Shown: positions 8,284-17,730 of the stretch, piece after piece
Layout of the letters: each line of letters opens with the position of its first letter
Position numbering within the stretch: position 1 is the stretch's first letter
Assembly: GCA_041589455.1 (NCBI GenBank)
Contig: JBFHVQ010000005.1
Coordinates: forward strand, 41-64,040
Direction of reading: 5' to 3'
From: Gammaproteobacteria bacterium
Lineage (GTDB): Bacteria; Pseudomonadota; Gammaproteobacteria; SZUA-229
Length of the DNA: 64,000 nt
Position numbers and translations under genes: made by a program
The notes under the pieces: model-generated
Told to the model about the DNA's origin: nothing
Database searches by the model: none
What the model saw: the letters and a program-made list of their open reading frames with translations, nothing else

Positions 8284-8330
8284 CGTTATTAGCATTACCC
8301 AGCTTTAAGCCATTAGGAATAAATTAAAAT

Positions 8331-9395
8331 TTACTCTCCTCTCACCTTACGTCGCTCACGCACCGCCTGAGCCAGTTCTTTTAGTAGCCCACCAGTTTCA
8401 TCCCAGCTAATACAGGCATCGGTGATACTCTGACCAAATACCAGGTTATCCTTGTCTTCAACATCCTGTCGGCCAGCAATCAGATGACTTTCCAGCATCA
8501 CACCGATGATATTATCATTACCCCGACTCACCTGATCGGCAATATCGCGACAAACATCTATCTGGCGATTGTGATCTTTCTGACTATTGGCATGAGAGCA
8601 GTCAATCATTAGACGAGGATTCTGACCATTACCTATAAGACTATCAGTAGCCTCTTTCACAGACTCAGCATCATAGTTAGGCGTTTTGCCACCACGCAGG
8701 ATTATATGACAGTCGTCATTACCCGTAGTGGAGAAAATTGCTGAATGACCAGCTTTAGTGAGAGACATAAACACGTGAGGACGTGATGCCGCCTGAATCG
8801 CGTCAACAGCGACTTTGAGTCCACCATCGGTACCATTTTTAAAACCAACAGGGCATGAGAGCCCCGACGCCAGTTCACGGTGCCCCTGACTTTCAGTAGT
8901 CCGTGCACCAATGGCGCCCCAGCTTACCAGATCCGAAATGTATTGTGGGCTGATCAGGTCAAGGTATTCGGTACCGGCAGGAACGCCCATATCCGCCACA
9001 TCCAGTAACAGGCTACGTGCCAGGCGTAAGCCGTGGTTAATATTAAAACTATCATCCAGATGAGGGTCGTTTATCAGGCCTTTCCAGCCCACTGTAGTAC
9101 GTGGCTTCTCGAAATAAACACGCATCACAATACACAGTTCATCCGCCAGCTCGTCAATGAGTACCTTTAAACGCGTAGCATATTCTCGGCCTGCTTTGGG
9201 GTCATGAATTGAACAGGGCCCCACAATCACTAGCAAACGATCATCCTTGCCATGTAAAATCTCATGGATTTGCTGACGTGTACGATGCACGGTATCCGAT
9301 GCCTGATCAGTAATGGGATATTCACGATGCAATTCTTCTGGTACAAGAACTTCCTGCAGGCCAGATATGCGGAGATCATCAGTTTTATACTTCAT
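8331..9395 (-). CDS. aroG: 3-deoxy-7-phosphoheptulonate (DAHP) synthase, class I (AroF/G/H type; feedback specificity not assignable)
   Basis: 354 aa and alignable with the E. coli AroF/AroG sequences I recall (GPCSIHD, VYFEKPRTTVGWKGLINDP, GARTTESQ, KNGTDG). The isozyme symbol is nominal. Confidence 0.9.
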   Translation of the reverse strand: MKYKTDDLRISGLQEVLVPEELHREYPITDQASDTVHRTRQQIHEILHGKDDRLLVIVGPCSIHDPKAGREYATRLKVLIDELADELCIVMRVYFEKPRTTVGWKGLINDPHLDDSFNINHGLRLARSLLLDVADMGVPAGTEYLDLISPQYISDLVSWGAIGARTTESQGHRELASGLSCPVGFKNGTDGGLKVAVDAIQAASRPHVFMSLTKAGHSAIFSTTGNDDCHIILRGGKTPNYDAESVKEATDSLIGNGQNPRLMIDCSHANSQKDHNRQIDVCRDIADQVSRGNDNIIGVMLESHLIAGRQDVEDKDNLVFGQSITDACISWDETGGLLKELAQAVRERRKVRGE

Positions 9396-9483
9396 GTATG
9401 AGAAATACCGTGCGAAATGAGTTAATTGAACAGCGCATTATATATAAAAACAGGCCGAGTGTCCTAGTCTCTGCTTTACCTGC

Positions 9484-10170
9484 TTATTTTGGTGCCTTTA
9501 ACCACTGCTGCAACTGATAGAGGTCATCAAACTGCAGGCTGGGCTCTGCTTCTGCCAGTTCCCAGGGATGATCAAAACGTTTCAGCCAGACCGCCTCGAT
9601 GCCCGCATTACGCGCACCCTGGATATCATGCACCGGATGATCCCCTACATGCAGAGTATGCTGTGGGCTAACTTGCGCCTGTTGCATGGCGTGTAAAAAC
9701 ATGGCCGGATCCGGTTTAGCGGCCTGCACGTCGGAGGCGGATACCTGAAAATCGAAATAATCAGAAAGCCCGGTTTTATCGATATGCGCATTACCATTGG
9801 TTAAGGCGGCCAGAATGTAGTGTTGCTTGAGCTGCTCTAATACCGGGGTTACATCCTCAAACAGCTGCACCTGTTGGCGCGCTTCGTAGAATACATTGAA
9901 CGCAGTTTCAATCCACTGGTAACCACTTTCAAACTCATCTGCCAGCTCTCGCAAATGCACGCGCCTGGCCTCTGAAAGATCATTGAATAACTCCGGTTGA
10001 GACTGCATTAGCAATTTACGCTTATCTCTGAGTTGTTCGATACTGTAATGCTCGGTTATCAAAGGCTGGTGTTGTGCCATCCAGTCATAGATGGCTTGCT
10101 CTGCACCTTGGATAGTTGGCATACAGGGCCATAAAGTATCATCAAGGTCAAAGCAAATCAGTTTGTACAT
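9484..10170 (-). CDS. HAD-superfamily hydrolase (subfamily IA)
   Basis: Motif I is FDLDDTLW. Motifs II-IV are also recognisable (LTNGN, K...P, GDHPVHD). Confidence 0.8.
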   Translation of the reverse strand: MYKLICFDLDDTLWPCMPTIQGAEQAIYDWMAQHQPLITEHYSIEQLRDKRKLLMQSQPELFNDLSEARRVHLRELADEFESGYQWIETAFNVFYEARQQVQLFEDVTPVLEQLKQHYILAALTNGNAHIDKTGLSDYFDFQVSASDVQAAKPDPAMFLHAMQQAQVSPQHTLHVGDHPVHDIQGARNAGIEAVWLKRFDHPWELAEAEPSLQFDDLYQLQQWLKAPK

Positions 10171-10175
10171 AGAAC

Positions 10176-11075
10176 TTATTGGGTGATAACCACATAGGCC
10201 GGTGAGGTAAATGATTTCTGAAATTCACGTAATAGTTCACGCGCCTGGTTACGCTCTTCGAAACGCCCTACTCGTACATTATATTTGGTCGCGCCCGAAC
10301 TTGATATAAAATCAGTTACGTGGGCTTCAAACTGTTTTTCTGCCAGCTCATCAATAAAACTCATGGCATTGGTTTTACTGGCAAACATACCTGCCTGTAC
10401 CGAGTAGTAGCGCTTATTGTTGCTGGTAACCGTGTCATCGCTCGGATTGCCACTCGACTCAGTAACGGACATAGATTGCGTGTCATTTTCAGCTAATAAT
10501 CGCTCCGCTTCTGCCTGTTCAGCCGCTTTCTTCTCAGCAGCCTTTTTGTCAGCTGCAGCTTTTTCAGCAGCAGCCTTTTCTTCCGCTGCTTTTTTCTCGG
10601 CCGCTAATTTTTGTGCTCGCTTTTCAGCTGCTTTCTTCTCGGCAGCTCTTTTTTCAGCTGCCTTTCTCTCAGCTGCCTTTCTCTCAGCTGCCTTTCTCTC
10701 AGCTGCTTTCTTTTCTGCTGCTTTTTTCTGGGCCAGCTTCTCTGCTGCGGCTTTCTCTTCTGCGGCTTTCTTCTGGGCCAGTTTTTCCGCTGCAGCGGTC
10801 TCTTCAATCTGCTGCTTAGCCAGTGACTCATCCGTAGCCTGCTTTTGCTGTGTCAATTTTGCAGGCTCATTCGATACACTTTGTTGGTTACTTCCCGAAG
10901 CATGTTCTTCCTGAATTACGCTGTTTTCATCGGTAATGAGCGCCAAATCACTATTGCTCTCACCCGAGATAAAAATACCGGTGACATAACCCAGCATAAA
11001 CGATAACACCAGTGCCCCAATGGCTCCTAATGCATAGGCCCTGACCTGATTTTCATTGATAACAAATGGTTTCAT
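10176..11075 (-). CDS. SPOR-domain (peptidoglycan-binding) membrane protein with a long Ala/Lys/Glu repeat linker
   Basis: It has an N-terminal TM helix, ~110 aa of AAEKKAAE-type repeats, and a C-terminal SPOR-like domain (YSVQAGMF...YNVRVGRF). Confidence 0.8.
   Translation of the reverse strand: MKPFVINENQVRAYALGAIGALVLSFMLGYVTGIFISGESNSDLALITDENSVIQEEHASGSNQQSVSNEPAKLTQQKQATDESLAKQQIEETAAAEKLAQKKAAEEKAAAEKLAQKKAAEKKAAERKAAERKAAERKAAEKRAAEKKAAEKRAQKLAAEKKAAEEKAAAEKAAADKKAAEKKAAEQAEAERLLAENDTQSMSVTESSGNPSDDTVTSNNKRYYSVQAGMFASKTNAMSFIDELAEKQFEAHVTDFISSSGATKYNVRVGRFEERNQARELLREFQKSFTSPAYVVITQ
10655..10714. repeat. 15-bp tandem repeat (cagctgcctttctct x3 plus one degenerate copy) inside a broader low-complexity tract (~10480-10830), encoding (AERKA)n
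   Basis: Read directly. Confidence 0.85.
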
Positions 11076-11155
11076 TTTTAATTGTTCTCTTTTACTTACA
11101 GCGCCGACAACAGTGCATTATCGTCCGTTGTAAATGAAATTTCCCTGATAGAGCT

Positions 11156-11176
11156 AACAAAAACCGAGAACCCTCG
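11156..11176 (-). terminator. Probable rho-independent terminator after the rlmD / inositol-monophosphatase-family pair
   Basis: On the minus strand it reads CCGAG-ggtt-CTCGG followed by TTTTTGTT, beginning ~5 nt after the stop codon at 11181. Confidence 0.5.
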
Positions 11177-11180
11177 GCAA

Positions 11181-11987
11181 TTAACGTTTATCCAGATAGT
11201 CTCTAAGTTCATCGAATAGCTGCTGATTCACTGCAGCCATCACCGAGCGAGGTTCTAGCGAGCGAATAAACATTGATTCCCCCTCAAATGTTTTCGCTAC
11301 ACCGCCAGCTTCTTCCAGGATCAAATGCCCTGCGGCATAATCCCATAATTTTTGTCCTCCGTGAATATACACCTGACTTCTGGCGCTGGCTAGCCAGCAC
11401 CAGTCCAAGGCACCGGAACCAAAGTTACGCTGTGACGCATAGGGATGCTCAAGGCACAAATGAGCACGCAGATGTTTATCAAGCCGTTTAAAATCGATCT
11501 GTGCAGCACATTGACTCAAATGCTCACGCTCACTCTCGGCTTTCAGTGGCTGACCGTTAAACCAAGCCCCCTCACCTTTAATTGCACTAAACACTTCATC
11601 CTGATTGGGATCATAAATCAGCCCCAAAACAATTTCACTGTTCACCAGCAAGGCAATCGACACGGAAAAAATGGGCACACCACTGGCAAAGTTAGTGGTG
11701 CCATCCAGCGGGTCAAGTATCCACAGCCCCTTACCTTGGAGCCCCTTGCCGTGGGTATCCAGGTGTTGTTGCTGCTGTTGCTCCGTCATTTCCTCGCCGA
11801 GCACATCATACTCCGGCCAGTGCTGCTGCAGGCTTTCGATCATCGCCTTCTGCATAGCCGAATCCGCTTCGGTTACCAGGCTGCCATCTCGTTTGAATTC
11901 ATAACTTACCTGATTAAAACGCGGCATGATCTGCTCAGCAGCGTGCTGTTTTACCAGGGCTTCAAGTTGTTTGAGTTTTGCCTGCAT
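11181..11987 (-). CDS. Inositol monophosphatase family protein (SuhB-like)
   Basis: Contains the WILDPLDGTTNF and WDYAAG motifs. The start ATG overlaps the rlmD stop (TAATG). Confidence 0.85.
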   Translation of the reverse strand: MQAKLKQLEALVKQHAAEQIMPRFNQVSYEFKRDGSLVTEADSAMQKAMIESLQQHWPEYDVLGEEMTEQQQQQHLDTHGKGLQGKGLWILDPLDGTTNFASGVPIFSVSIALLVNSEIVLGLIYDPNQDEVFSAIKGEGAWFNGQPLKAESEREHLSQCAAQIDFKRLDKHLRAHLCLEHPYASQRNFGSGALDWCWLASARSQVYIHGGQKLWDYAAGHLILEEAGGVAKTFEGESMFIRSLEPRSVMAAVNQQLFDELRDYLDKR

Positions 11988-13321
11988 TATGATTTTGTAA
12001 ACAGTGCGATGGATTCAACATGGGCGGTATGTGGAAACATGTCCATGACGCCCGCCTCCACCAGTGTATAACCGTATTCATTAACCAAGGCATCAGTATC
12101 ACGTGCCAATGTTGCCGGATTACAGGACACATAGACGATACGACTGGCACCCAGCTTACCCACATATTTCAGCATTTCCATGGCACCTGAACGAGGTGGA
12201 TCCAGCAGAATTTTATCGTATTGCTGTTGTAGCCAGGGCTCGCCACTGATGTCAGTGGACAAATCAGCCGCGTAAAAAGTTGTATTGTCGATCTGGTTTC
12301 GTTTGGCATTTTCACGGGCCTTGGTGACCATCGACTGAGCCCCTTCAACACCCACCACTTCAGCGCATTGTCGTGCCATTGCCAGGGTAAAATTACCTAG
12401 CCCACAGAACAGATCGAGCACCTTATCGGTTTTTGAGAGTTGTAGCATATCCAGTGCCTGACTCACCATGCTCTGGTTAATTTCACTGTTGACCTGGGTG
12501 AAGTCATTGGGCTCGAACTGTATGGTGATATTCTGTTGTTGCAGGGTATAAGATAACGGCTCGGGATTCTCCGGCCACAGCGGCACAACGGAATCCGGGC
12601 CGGCTGACTGTAATTGAATCTGCAAGCCAGTCTGTTCAGCGAATTCGGTCAAGGCGGCTTTATCACTGTCACTCAAAACCTCAAGATGGCGAATCACCAG
12701 CGCCGTCTGCTGATCACTTACCGCCACTTCAATTTGCGGAATAGTTTCACGGGCATCCATTGTCATAATTAAATCTGACAAGGCAGTAATTCGCTGACCA
12801 ACGGACTCATGCAAAATCGGGCATTGCTGCAGATCCGCAAGAAAAGAATTACCCTTCTCTCGAAAGCCTACCAGCACCTTGCCTTTTTTATGCACATACT
12901 TCACCCCAAGACGTGCCTTCTGTCGATAATGTGCCACTGGACCACGCAAGGACGGAAGTACCGTTTGCGGCTGGGTGTGTGCCATATGCTCAAATTGCTC
13001 CATAAGGGCATCCTGTTTACTGCGGATCTGCGCTTCATGTTCCTGATGTTGCATACTACAGCCGCCACAGACACCAAAGTGTTCACAGATCGGCTCACTA
13101 CGATCTGCCGATGCCTTGATCACATTGATTGCCCGGCCTTCATCAAAATTCTTGCTGGTGCGTGTGTATTTAAATTCCACCTGCTCACCCGGCAGTGCAA
13201 AATCGACAAACACGACTTTTCCATCAACATGGGCGACACCACGTCCTTCATGACTCAGGGATTCTATCTGTACCTCGACCGGTTCTTCCGGCAGGCGTTT
13301 TCTACGTCTTCGTTTTGACAT
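11987..13321 (-). CDS. rlmD: 23S rRNA (uracil1939-C5)-methyltransferase RlmD (RumA)
   Basis: It has an N-terminal TRAM domain, an Fe-S cysteine cluster (CxxxxxCGGC) and a C-terminal SAM-dependent methyltransferase with the catalytic-Cys motif YVSCNPAT. Confidence 0.9.
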   Translation of the reverse strand: MSKRRRRKRLPEEPVEVQIESLSHEGRGVAHVDGKVVFVDFALPGEQVEFKYTRTSKNFDEGRAINVIKASADRSEPICEHFGVCGGCSMQHQEHEAQIRSKQDALMEQFEHMAHTQPQTVLPSLRGPVAHYRQKARLGVKYVHKKGKVLVGFREKGNSFLADLQQCPILHESVGQRITALSDLIMTMDARETIPQIEVAVSDQQTALVIRHLEVLSDSDKAALTEFAEQTGLQIQLQSAGPDSVVPLWPENPEPLSYTLQQQNITIQFEPNDFTQVNSEINQSMVSQALDMLQLSKTDKVLDLFCGLGNFTLAMARQCAEVVGVEGAQSMVTKARENAKRNQIDNTTFYAADLSTDISGEPWLQQQYDKILLDPPRSGAMEMLKYVGKLGASRIVYVSCNPATLARDTDALVNEYGYTLVEAGVMDMFPHTAHVESIALFTKS

Positions 13322-13359
13322 TCACTACTCAATCAATAATTTATTTCAATGAACTGGGC

Positions 13360-14256
13360 TTAACTGGGAAACACACCGGTAGAGAGGTAACGGTCTCCCC
13401 GGTCACAGATAATGGAAACGATCAATGCATTTTCAACCCGTTCACAGAGTTTCAGTGCGGCGGCCACCGCCCCCCCTGAGGAGACACCACAAAAGATACC
13501 TTCTTCCGCTGCCAGTCGTCGAGTGGTCACTTCCGCCAGTTGCTGGTTAATATCGATGGTCTGATCAACCCGTGCGGCTTCAAAAATACCCGGCAGGTAT
13601 TCTTTCGGCCAACGACGGATACCGGGAATACTCGAACCTTCTTCCGGTTGCACGCCAATAATCTGTACCCCTGGATTCTGTTCCTTGAGATAACGGGAGG
13701 TACCCATAATCGTACCTGTGGTGCCCATAGCACTCACAAAATGGGTTATCTGCCCTTTTGTGTCACGCCAGATTTCCGGGCCAGTGGAGTTATAATGCGC
13801 CACCGGGTTATCCGGGTTATTAAACTGGTCCAGCACAATCCCCTTACCTTCTGCCTGCATCTGCAAAGCCAGGTCACGCGCCCCTTCCATACTAGCCTCA
13901 CGGCTTACGCTAATCAGCTCTGCACCATAGGCTTTCATGCTGGCGCGACGCTCTTCGCTCATATTGTCTGGCATGATCAGCACCATTTTATAACCCTTGA
14001 TCGCTGCAGCCATGGCCAGTGCTATGCCGGTATTACCACTGGTGGCCTCAATCAGGGTATCACCCGGCTTGATATCACCACGCTGCTCTGCCAGCTGAAT
14101 CATGCTGATTGCCGGGCGATCCTTCACTGAACCTGCCGGGTTATTACCCTCCAGCTTCACCATAATAATATTATTACCCGGCACCATACGCTGTAATCGC
14201 ACCAGCGGAGTATTACCGACAAAATCTTCCAGGGTGGGGAAATCTTCAGGATTCAT
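13360..14256 (-). CDS. cysM: Cysteine synthase B (O-acetylserine sulfhydrylase B)
   Basis: Very close to the E. coli CysM sequence I recall (GNTPLVRLQR, LEGNNPAGSVKDR, SGNTGIALAM, ICDRGDRYLSTGVF). ATG at 14256 is preferred over the GTG at 14310 given in the ORF track. Confidence 0.9.
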   Translation of the reverse strand: MNPEDFPTLEDFVGNTPLVRLQRMVPGNNIIMVKLEGNNPAGSVKDRPAISMIQLAEQRGDIKPGDTLIEATSGNTGIALAMAAAIKGYKMVLIMPDNMSEERRASMKAYGAELISVSREASMEGARDLALQMQAEGKGIVLDQFNNPDNPVAHYNSTGPEIWRDTKGQITHFVSAMGTTGTIMGTSRYLKEQNPGVQIIGVQPEEGSSIPGIRRWPKEYLPGIFEAARVDQTIDINQQLAEVTTRRLAAEEGIFCGVSSGGAVAAALKLCERVENALIVSIICDRGDRYLSTGVFPS

Positions 14257-14465
14257 ATAAGTTCGCTTCAAAAAAACCTTTCTCTTAATAAAACTGTTAG
14301 AATCAGCCACATATAAAAAGGGGACATTAGCACAGGTGCTTGATTGACTCCCAGATGACTAACTCCCTGACAGGCTTCAACCCTAATTTTTAGGCCGAAT
14401 GATCAGGAATTGAAGCATTATCCCATATTTAAATGACAAACAGTGAGCCTGTTGTAGATATCTCT

Positions 14466-16643
14466 ATGAATTCTAAAAATACGATTCTGTCCCTGCTATT
14501 ATTTCCTTTGCCTGTACTGGCTTCCGCAACTGACAACACCCTTGCTATGCTGGGCAGTGAATTACTCTATCTGGAAGATATGCCAGTGGTTATTTCAGCG
14601 ACTCGACTGGCACAGCCACTTAACGAATCACCAATATCAACCACGGTCATTGATCGTCAGATGATAGATGCATCTGGCGCCCAGACCATTGCCGACCTGC
14701 TTCGTCTGGTACCAGGATTTACCGTAGGTTACATTGCCGGCAACTTGCCAGTAGCGACCTACCATGGGCAAAGCGATCGTTACTCCAAACGAATCCAGCT
14801 GGTCATTGATGGCCGCTCTGTTTACCTGCCAACCCTTTCCGGGGTTTCATGGTCAGACCTGGTGATTGGCATGGAAGATATTCAACGAATAGAAGTAGTT
14901 CGTGGCCCCAATGCGTCAAGCTATGGCAATAACGCATTTCATGCGGTAGTGAGTATTACTACCAAACACGCAGCGGAAGACACCGGTCATAGTGTAAAAG
15001 TCAACGTAGGCAGCCATGACACACGGAATACTTTTTACCGCTTTGCTGATCAGACTGAAGACCTGGACTATCGTGTATCTATCGGCACAAAAAATGACGA
15101 AGGCACAGACCTGCTTGATGATTTTACTGATTCAAACTACTTAAACTACCGACTGGATATGCAGTTAGGCGAATCAACCCAGCTGTTCTACCAGGGCGGT
15201 TATCAAGATAGTCTGTATGGGGACCTGATTGAAAATTCAACAGACATCGATAATGAGATAGAAGTTGAAACAACATATCAACACCTGAAACTGGAACATC
15301 ACTTCACTTCTCAAAACAGTTTAACGCTACAATATTATTACAATTACACTCGTAGCTTCGATTCCAACTATGAGACAACGGTTTCTCCAGCGGATTTTTC
15401 ACCCTTGCTCGCCAACCTTGATGACTTTGACATCTATTCAATAATTGCACTGAAATCTGAGCGTCACGACCTTGAACTGGCATATTATTACCAACCGTTG
15501 GACAACCTTCGCCTGGTATCCGGCGCCAGCATCCGTGCTGACAGTGTCGATGCAGAACAAGTCTTTGACCCAGCTGCAGATGATACACTCTTGCTTTATC
15601 GTGCCTTTACTCATGGTGAATACAGCATTAGCCGAGACTGGCTGTTAAATGCAGGCGTGATGATTGAAAAAAATGATATTTCAGGTACTGATACCGCACC
15701 TCGCCTATCATTAATCCATCACCTGGATGACCAGCATAGCTTTAGGGTAAATGTATCCAGAGCCACACGAACTCCTACCCTGTTTGATGAATATGGCAAC
15801 TTTGCAATTCGTGAGACACTGACACAGGACGGCGGACAACCGCTAACCAATCCGGTAGCACTGGCTCTACTCGGTGGCAGTGACACTCTTGTCAACTCCA
15901 TTTTTTATACCAGCGGAAATGTAGATTCAGAAGAAATTACATCCTATGAACTAGGCTGGGTTGCCCAATTGCTAGATCATAAACTCATGCTGGATTTCAA
16001 ATTATTCAGGGATATATCAACAGACCTGATTGCCGATATTCCTTTTATCGGCACTGTCCCAGAAGAAAATATTGACCAGATAGAACCAGGCAGTATTGGT
16101 GCAACTGACATTGCAAATGCCGCTGAAACACGAATACAAGGTTTTGAGGCCTATAGTGATTATCATATTGACAGCGATTTACGACTCTACGGTTTTCTGA
16201 GCTATGCTGAAATTGAAGCAACTAAGATAAACCAACATGCTGAAGACAGTGTCGTAGGCCGACTAGAAGAATCTGTTCCTCGTCGTAGTTATGGAGCTAT
16301 GCTGATGAAACAATGGCCTGATATGTTTAACACCAGCCTGGCGATTTATCATGTCTCGGATATGGACTGGTTAGATCGCACACACAACAGAAGCAACCCA
16401 GTAGGTAGTCGTTTTACTGACCGCTCAGCCGAACAATACACACGCGTTGATCTAGTGTTACGTAAATCACATAAAATTGGACGAAGCTTGTTAAGTTACT
16501 CGGTAATACTGCAGAATATTAATGGCGAGCATGCAGACTATACACGCTCAAATTATACAGATGCCAGTTTTTCAAGCATCAAGGTACCTGGCAGTATCCA
16601 AGATCCAAGAGGGTATTTTGAACTTTCATTCAAATTTAACTAG
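14466..16643 (+). CDS. TonB-dependent outer-membrane receptor (plug plus beta-barrel), substrate unknown
   Basis: A signal peptide from M12 of the ORF (the track start is 14433), a plug-domain pattern (VVISATR..., IEVVRGPNASSYG) and a long beta-rich barrel. There is no N-terminal signalling extension. The C-terminus is ...FELSFKFN. Confidence 0.85.
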   Translation: MNSKNTILSLLLFPLPVLASATDNTLAMLGSELLYLEDMPVVISATRLAQPLNESPISTTVIDRQMIDASGAQTIADLLRLVPGFTVGYIAGNLPVATYHGQSDRYSKRIQLVIDGRSVYLPTLSGVSWSDLVIGMEDIQRIEVVRGPNASSYGNNAFHAVVSITTKHAAEDTGHSVKVNVGSHDTRNTFYRFADQTEDLDYRVSIGTKNDEGTDLLDDFTDSNYLNYRLDMQLGESTQLFYQGGYQDSLYGDLIENSTDIDNEIEVETTYQHLKLEHHFTSQNSLTLQYYYNYTRSFDSNYETTVSPADFSPLLANLDDFDIYSIIALKSERHDLELAYYYQPLDNLRLVSGASIRADSVDAEQVFDPAADDTLLLYRAFTHGEYSISRDWLLNAGVMIEKNDISGTDTAPRLSLIHHLDDQHSFRVNVSRATRTPTLFDEYGNFAIRETLTQDGGQPLTNPVALALLGGSDTLVNSIFYTSGNVDSEEITSYELGWVAQLLDHKLMLDFKLFRDISTDLIADIPFIGTVPEENIDQIEPGSIGATDIANAAETRIQGFEAYSDYHIDSDLRLYGFLSYAEIEATKINQHAEDSVVGRLEESVPRRSYGAMLMKQWPDMFNTSLAIYHVSDMDWLDRTHNRSNPVGSRFTDRSAEQYTRVDLVLRKSHKIGRSLLSYSVILQNINGEHADYTRSNYTDASFSSIKVPGSIQDPRGYFELSFKFN

Positions 16644-16746
16644 ATCGAATGATGAGCGTATTGTTAGCGAGTGCAGATGCCTGGCGTACCATCGAAGACG
16701 ACTGCATACTATTCGTAAGGAATGATATTTTATACAGGGATAAATA

Positions 16747-17730
16747 TTGTTAAGCACTTTGCACAACAAGTTAACCTTGCATTTGCTGAAGTTACTTAGA
16801 ACGTCGGCAACAATTGTTTGTGCCATATTGACTCTGGGAATATTTAGTTATACCTGTAATGCCTATTCTGAAACTGTTTCAGTAAATATCCGTATCGCTT
16901 ATCAGCAATCAACTGAGTTTAATAAACACCTGATTGAGCAAATGAAACTGGATCTTACAAGCCAGGGTTACCAGGCAGACAGCTATAAACTAAACGCAGA
17001 CAATCCAGTATCTACTGATATAAACTCAGCCGATTTAATTATTTCCGTAGGCAGTAAAACAACCAAGCAGTTACTCGATGCAAAGATAACTCGCCCAATA
17101 TTGAGTGTACTAATGCCTCGTCATCTCGCAGACGCATTATATCAATCTTATCCTGACCATAAACACTGGGGCAATTTGTTAATTGACCAGCCCATGGAAA
17201 GACAGTTTCACCTGATTACATCTATTTTTGGAAAGAACCAGAAAGCCGGTATATTACTTAGCCCCTATACTAAAGAAATGAAAGCCCTGCTTGATATGGC
17301 TGCTAGCAAAACACGACATGAAATTATTGTTGAACATGTCGATAACACAGAACAACTAATGTCATCTCTAGATACACTTAATCAACATTCTAATGTGCTA
17401 ATTACTTTACCCGATCCATTGATATTCAATCAAAATACTATTCGCGGAATATTATTGTCATCCTATAGAAAAAAGCTACCAATTATCGGCTTTTCAAGAG
17501 CCTATGTAAAAGCCGGCGCTATTGCTGCGATATATTCAGAACCGACTCAAATAAGCCAGCAAATGGCAGGCATAATCAATGAATTCATGATAAATAAACG
17601 CTTCTCAAACCGAAATTACTATCCAGATGATTTTTCCATTGCACTTAATATTAATGTTGCTAACTCACTCGGCATTAGTCTTGATAACAGCGCCGCTATT
17701 ATCAGACGCATTAAGAAGGCAGAACAATAA
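16747..17730 (+). CDS. Periplasmic binding protein of the ABC_sub_bind (PF04392-like) family, with no cognate ABC permease or ATPase nearby
   Basis: Signal-peptide-like N-terminus. The C-terminal pattern ...VKAGAIAAIYSEP...PDDFSIALNINVANSLGISL matches my recollection of PF04392 proteins. The start codon is uncertain (TTG at 16747). Confidence 0.7.
   Translation: MLSTLHNKLTLHLLKLLRTSATIVCAILTLGIFSYTCNAYSETVSVNIRIAYQQSTEFNKHLIEQMKLDLTSQGYQADSYKLNADNPVSTDINSADLIISVGSKTTKQLLDAKITRPILSVLMPRHLADALYQSYPDHKHWGNLLIDQPMERQFHLITSIFGKNQKAGILLSPYTKEMKALLDMAASKTRHEIIVEHVDNTEQLMSSLDTLNQHSNVLITLPDPLIFNQNTIRGILLSSYRKKLPIIGFSRAYVKAGAIAAIYSEPTQISQQMAGIINEFMINKRFSNRNYYPDDFSIALNINVANSLGISLDNSAAIIRRIKKAEQ

Larger units (their letters stand above)
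7878..8312. repeat. Intergenic family of ~25-nt related elements (ATTTGCGTWAMCCTGCTTTTAAGC-like): one inverted copy (7878-7897) and three direct copies (about 8059-8095, 8154-8190, 8275-8312)
   Basis: The reverse complement of 7878-7897 (atttgcgttaccctgctttt) matches 8154-8173 (atttgcgtaaacctgctttt) at 18/20 positions. The 8281-8312 copy carries a 7-nt insertion, and the 8059-8095 copy is more diverged. Confidence 0.6.

Noticed and set aside
10417-10914. 165-aa, 71-aa and 68-aa plus-strand ORFs and a 75-aa minus-strand ORF in the repeat region
   Set aside because: These are low-complexity artefacts of the Ala/Lys/Glu coding repeat of the SPOR protein. Only the 299-aa frame has a TM anchor and a SPOR domain.
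12809-13318. 169-aa plus-strand ORF
   Set aside because: It is antisense to rlmD.
13540-14130. 196-aa ORF on the plus strand
   Set aside because: It is entirely antisense to cysM, whose protein matches the family along its full length. It has no recognisable protein features, so it is a typical shadow ORF.
14397-14422. Fur box upstream of the TonB-dependent receptor (gaatgatcaggaattgaagcattatc)
   Set aside because: Only the 3-prime CATTATC half matches, giving about 11/19 positions overall. That is not enough to claim iron regulation.
16620-16643. The TonB-dependent receptor ends in ...FKFN rather than a terminal aromatic residue
   Set aside because: The penultimate Phe keeps most of the beta-signal. 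A single extra residue is within normal variation, so there is no evidence of truncation.
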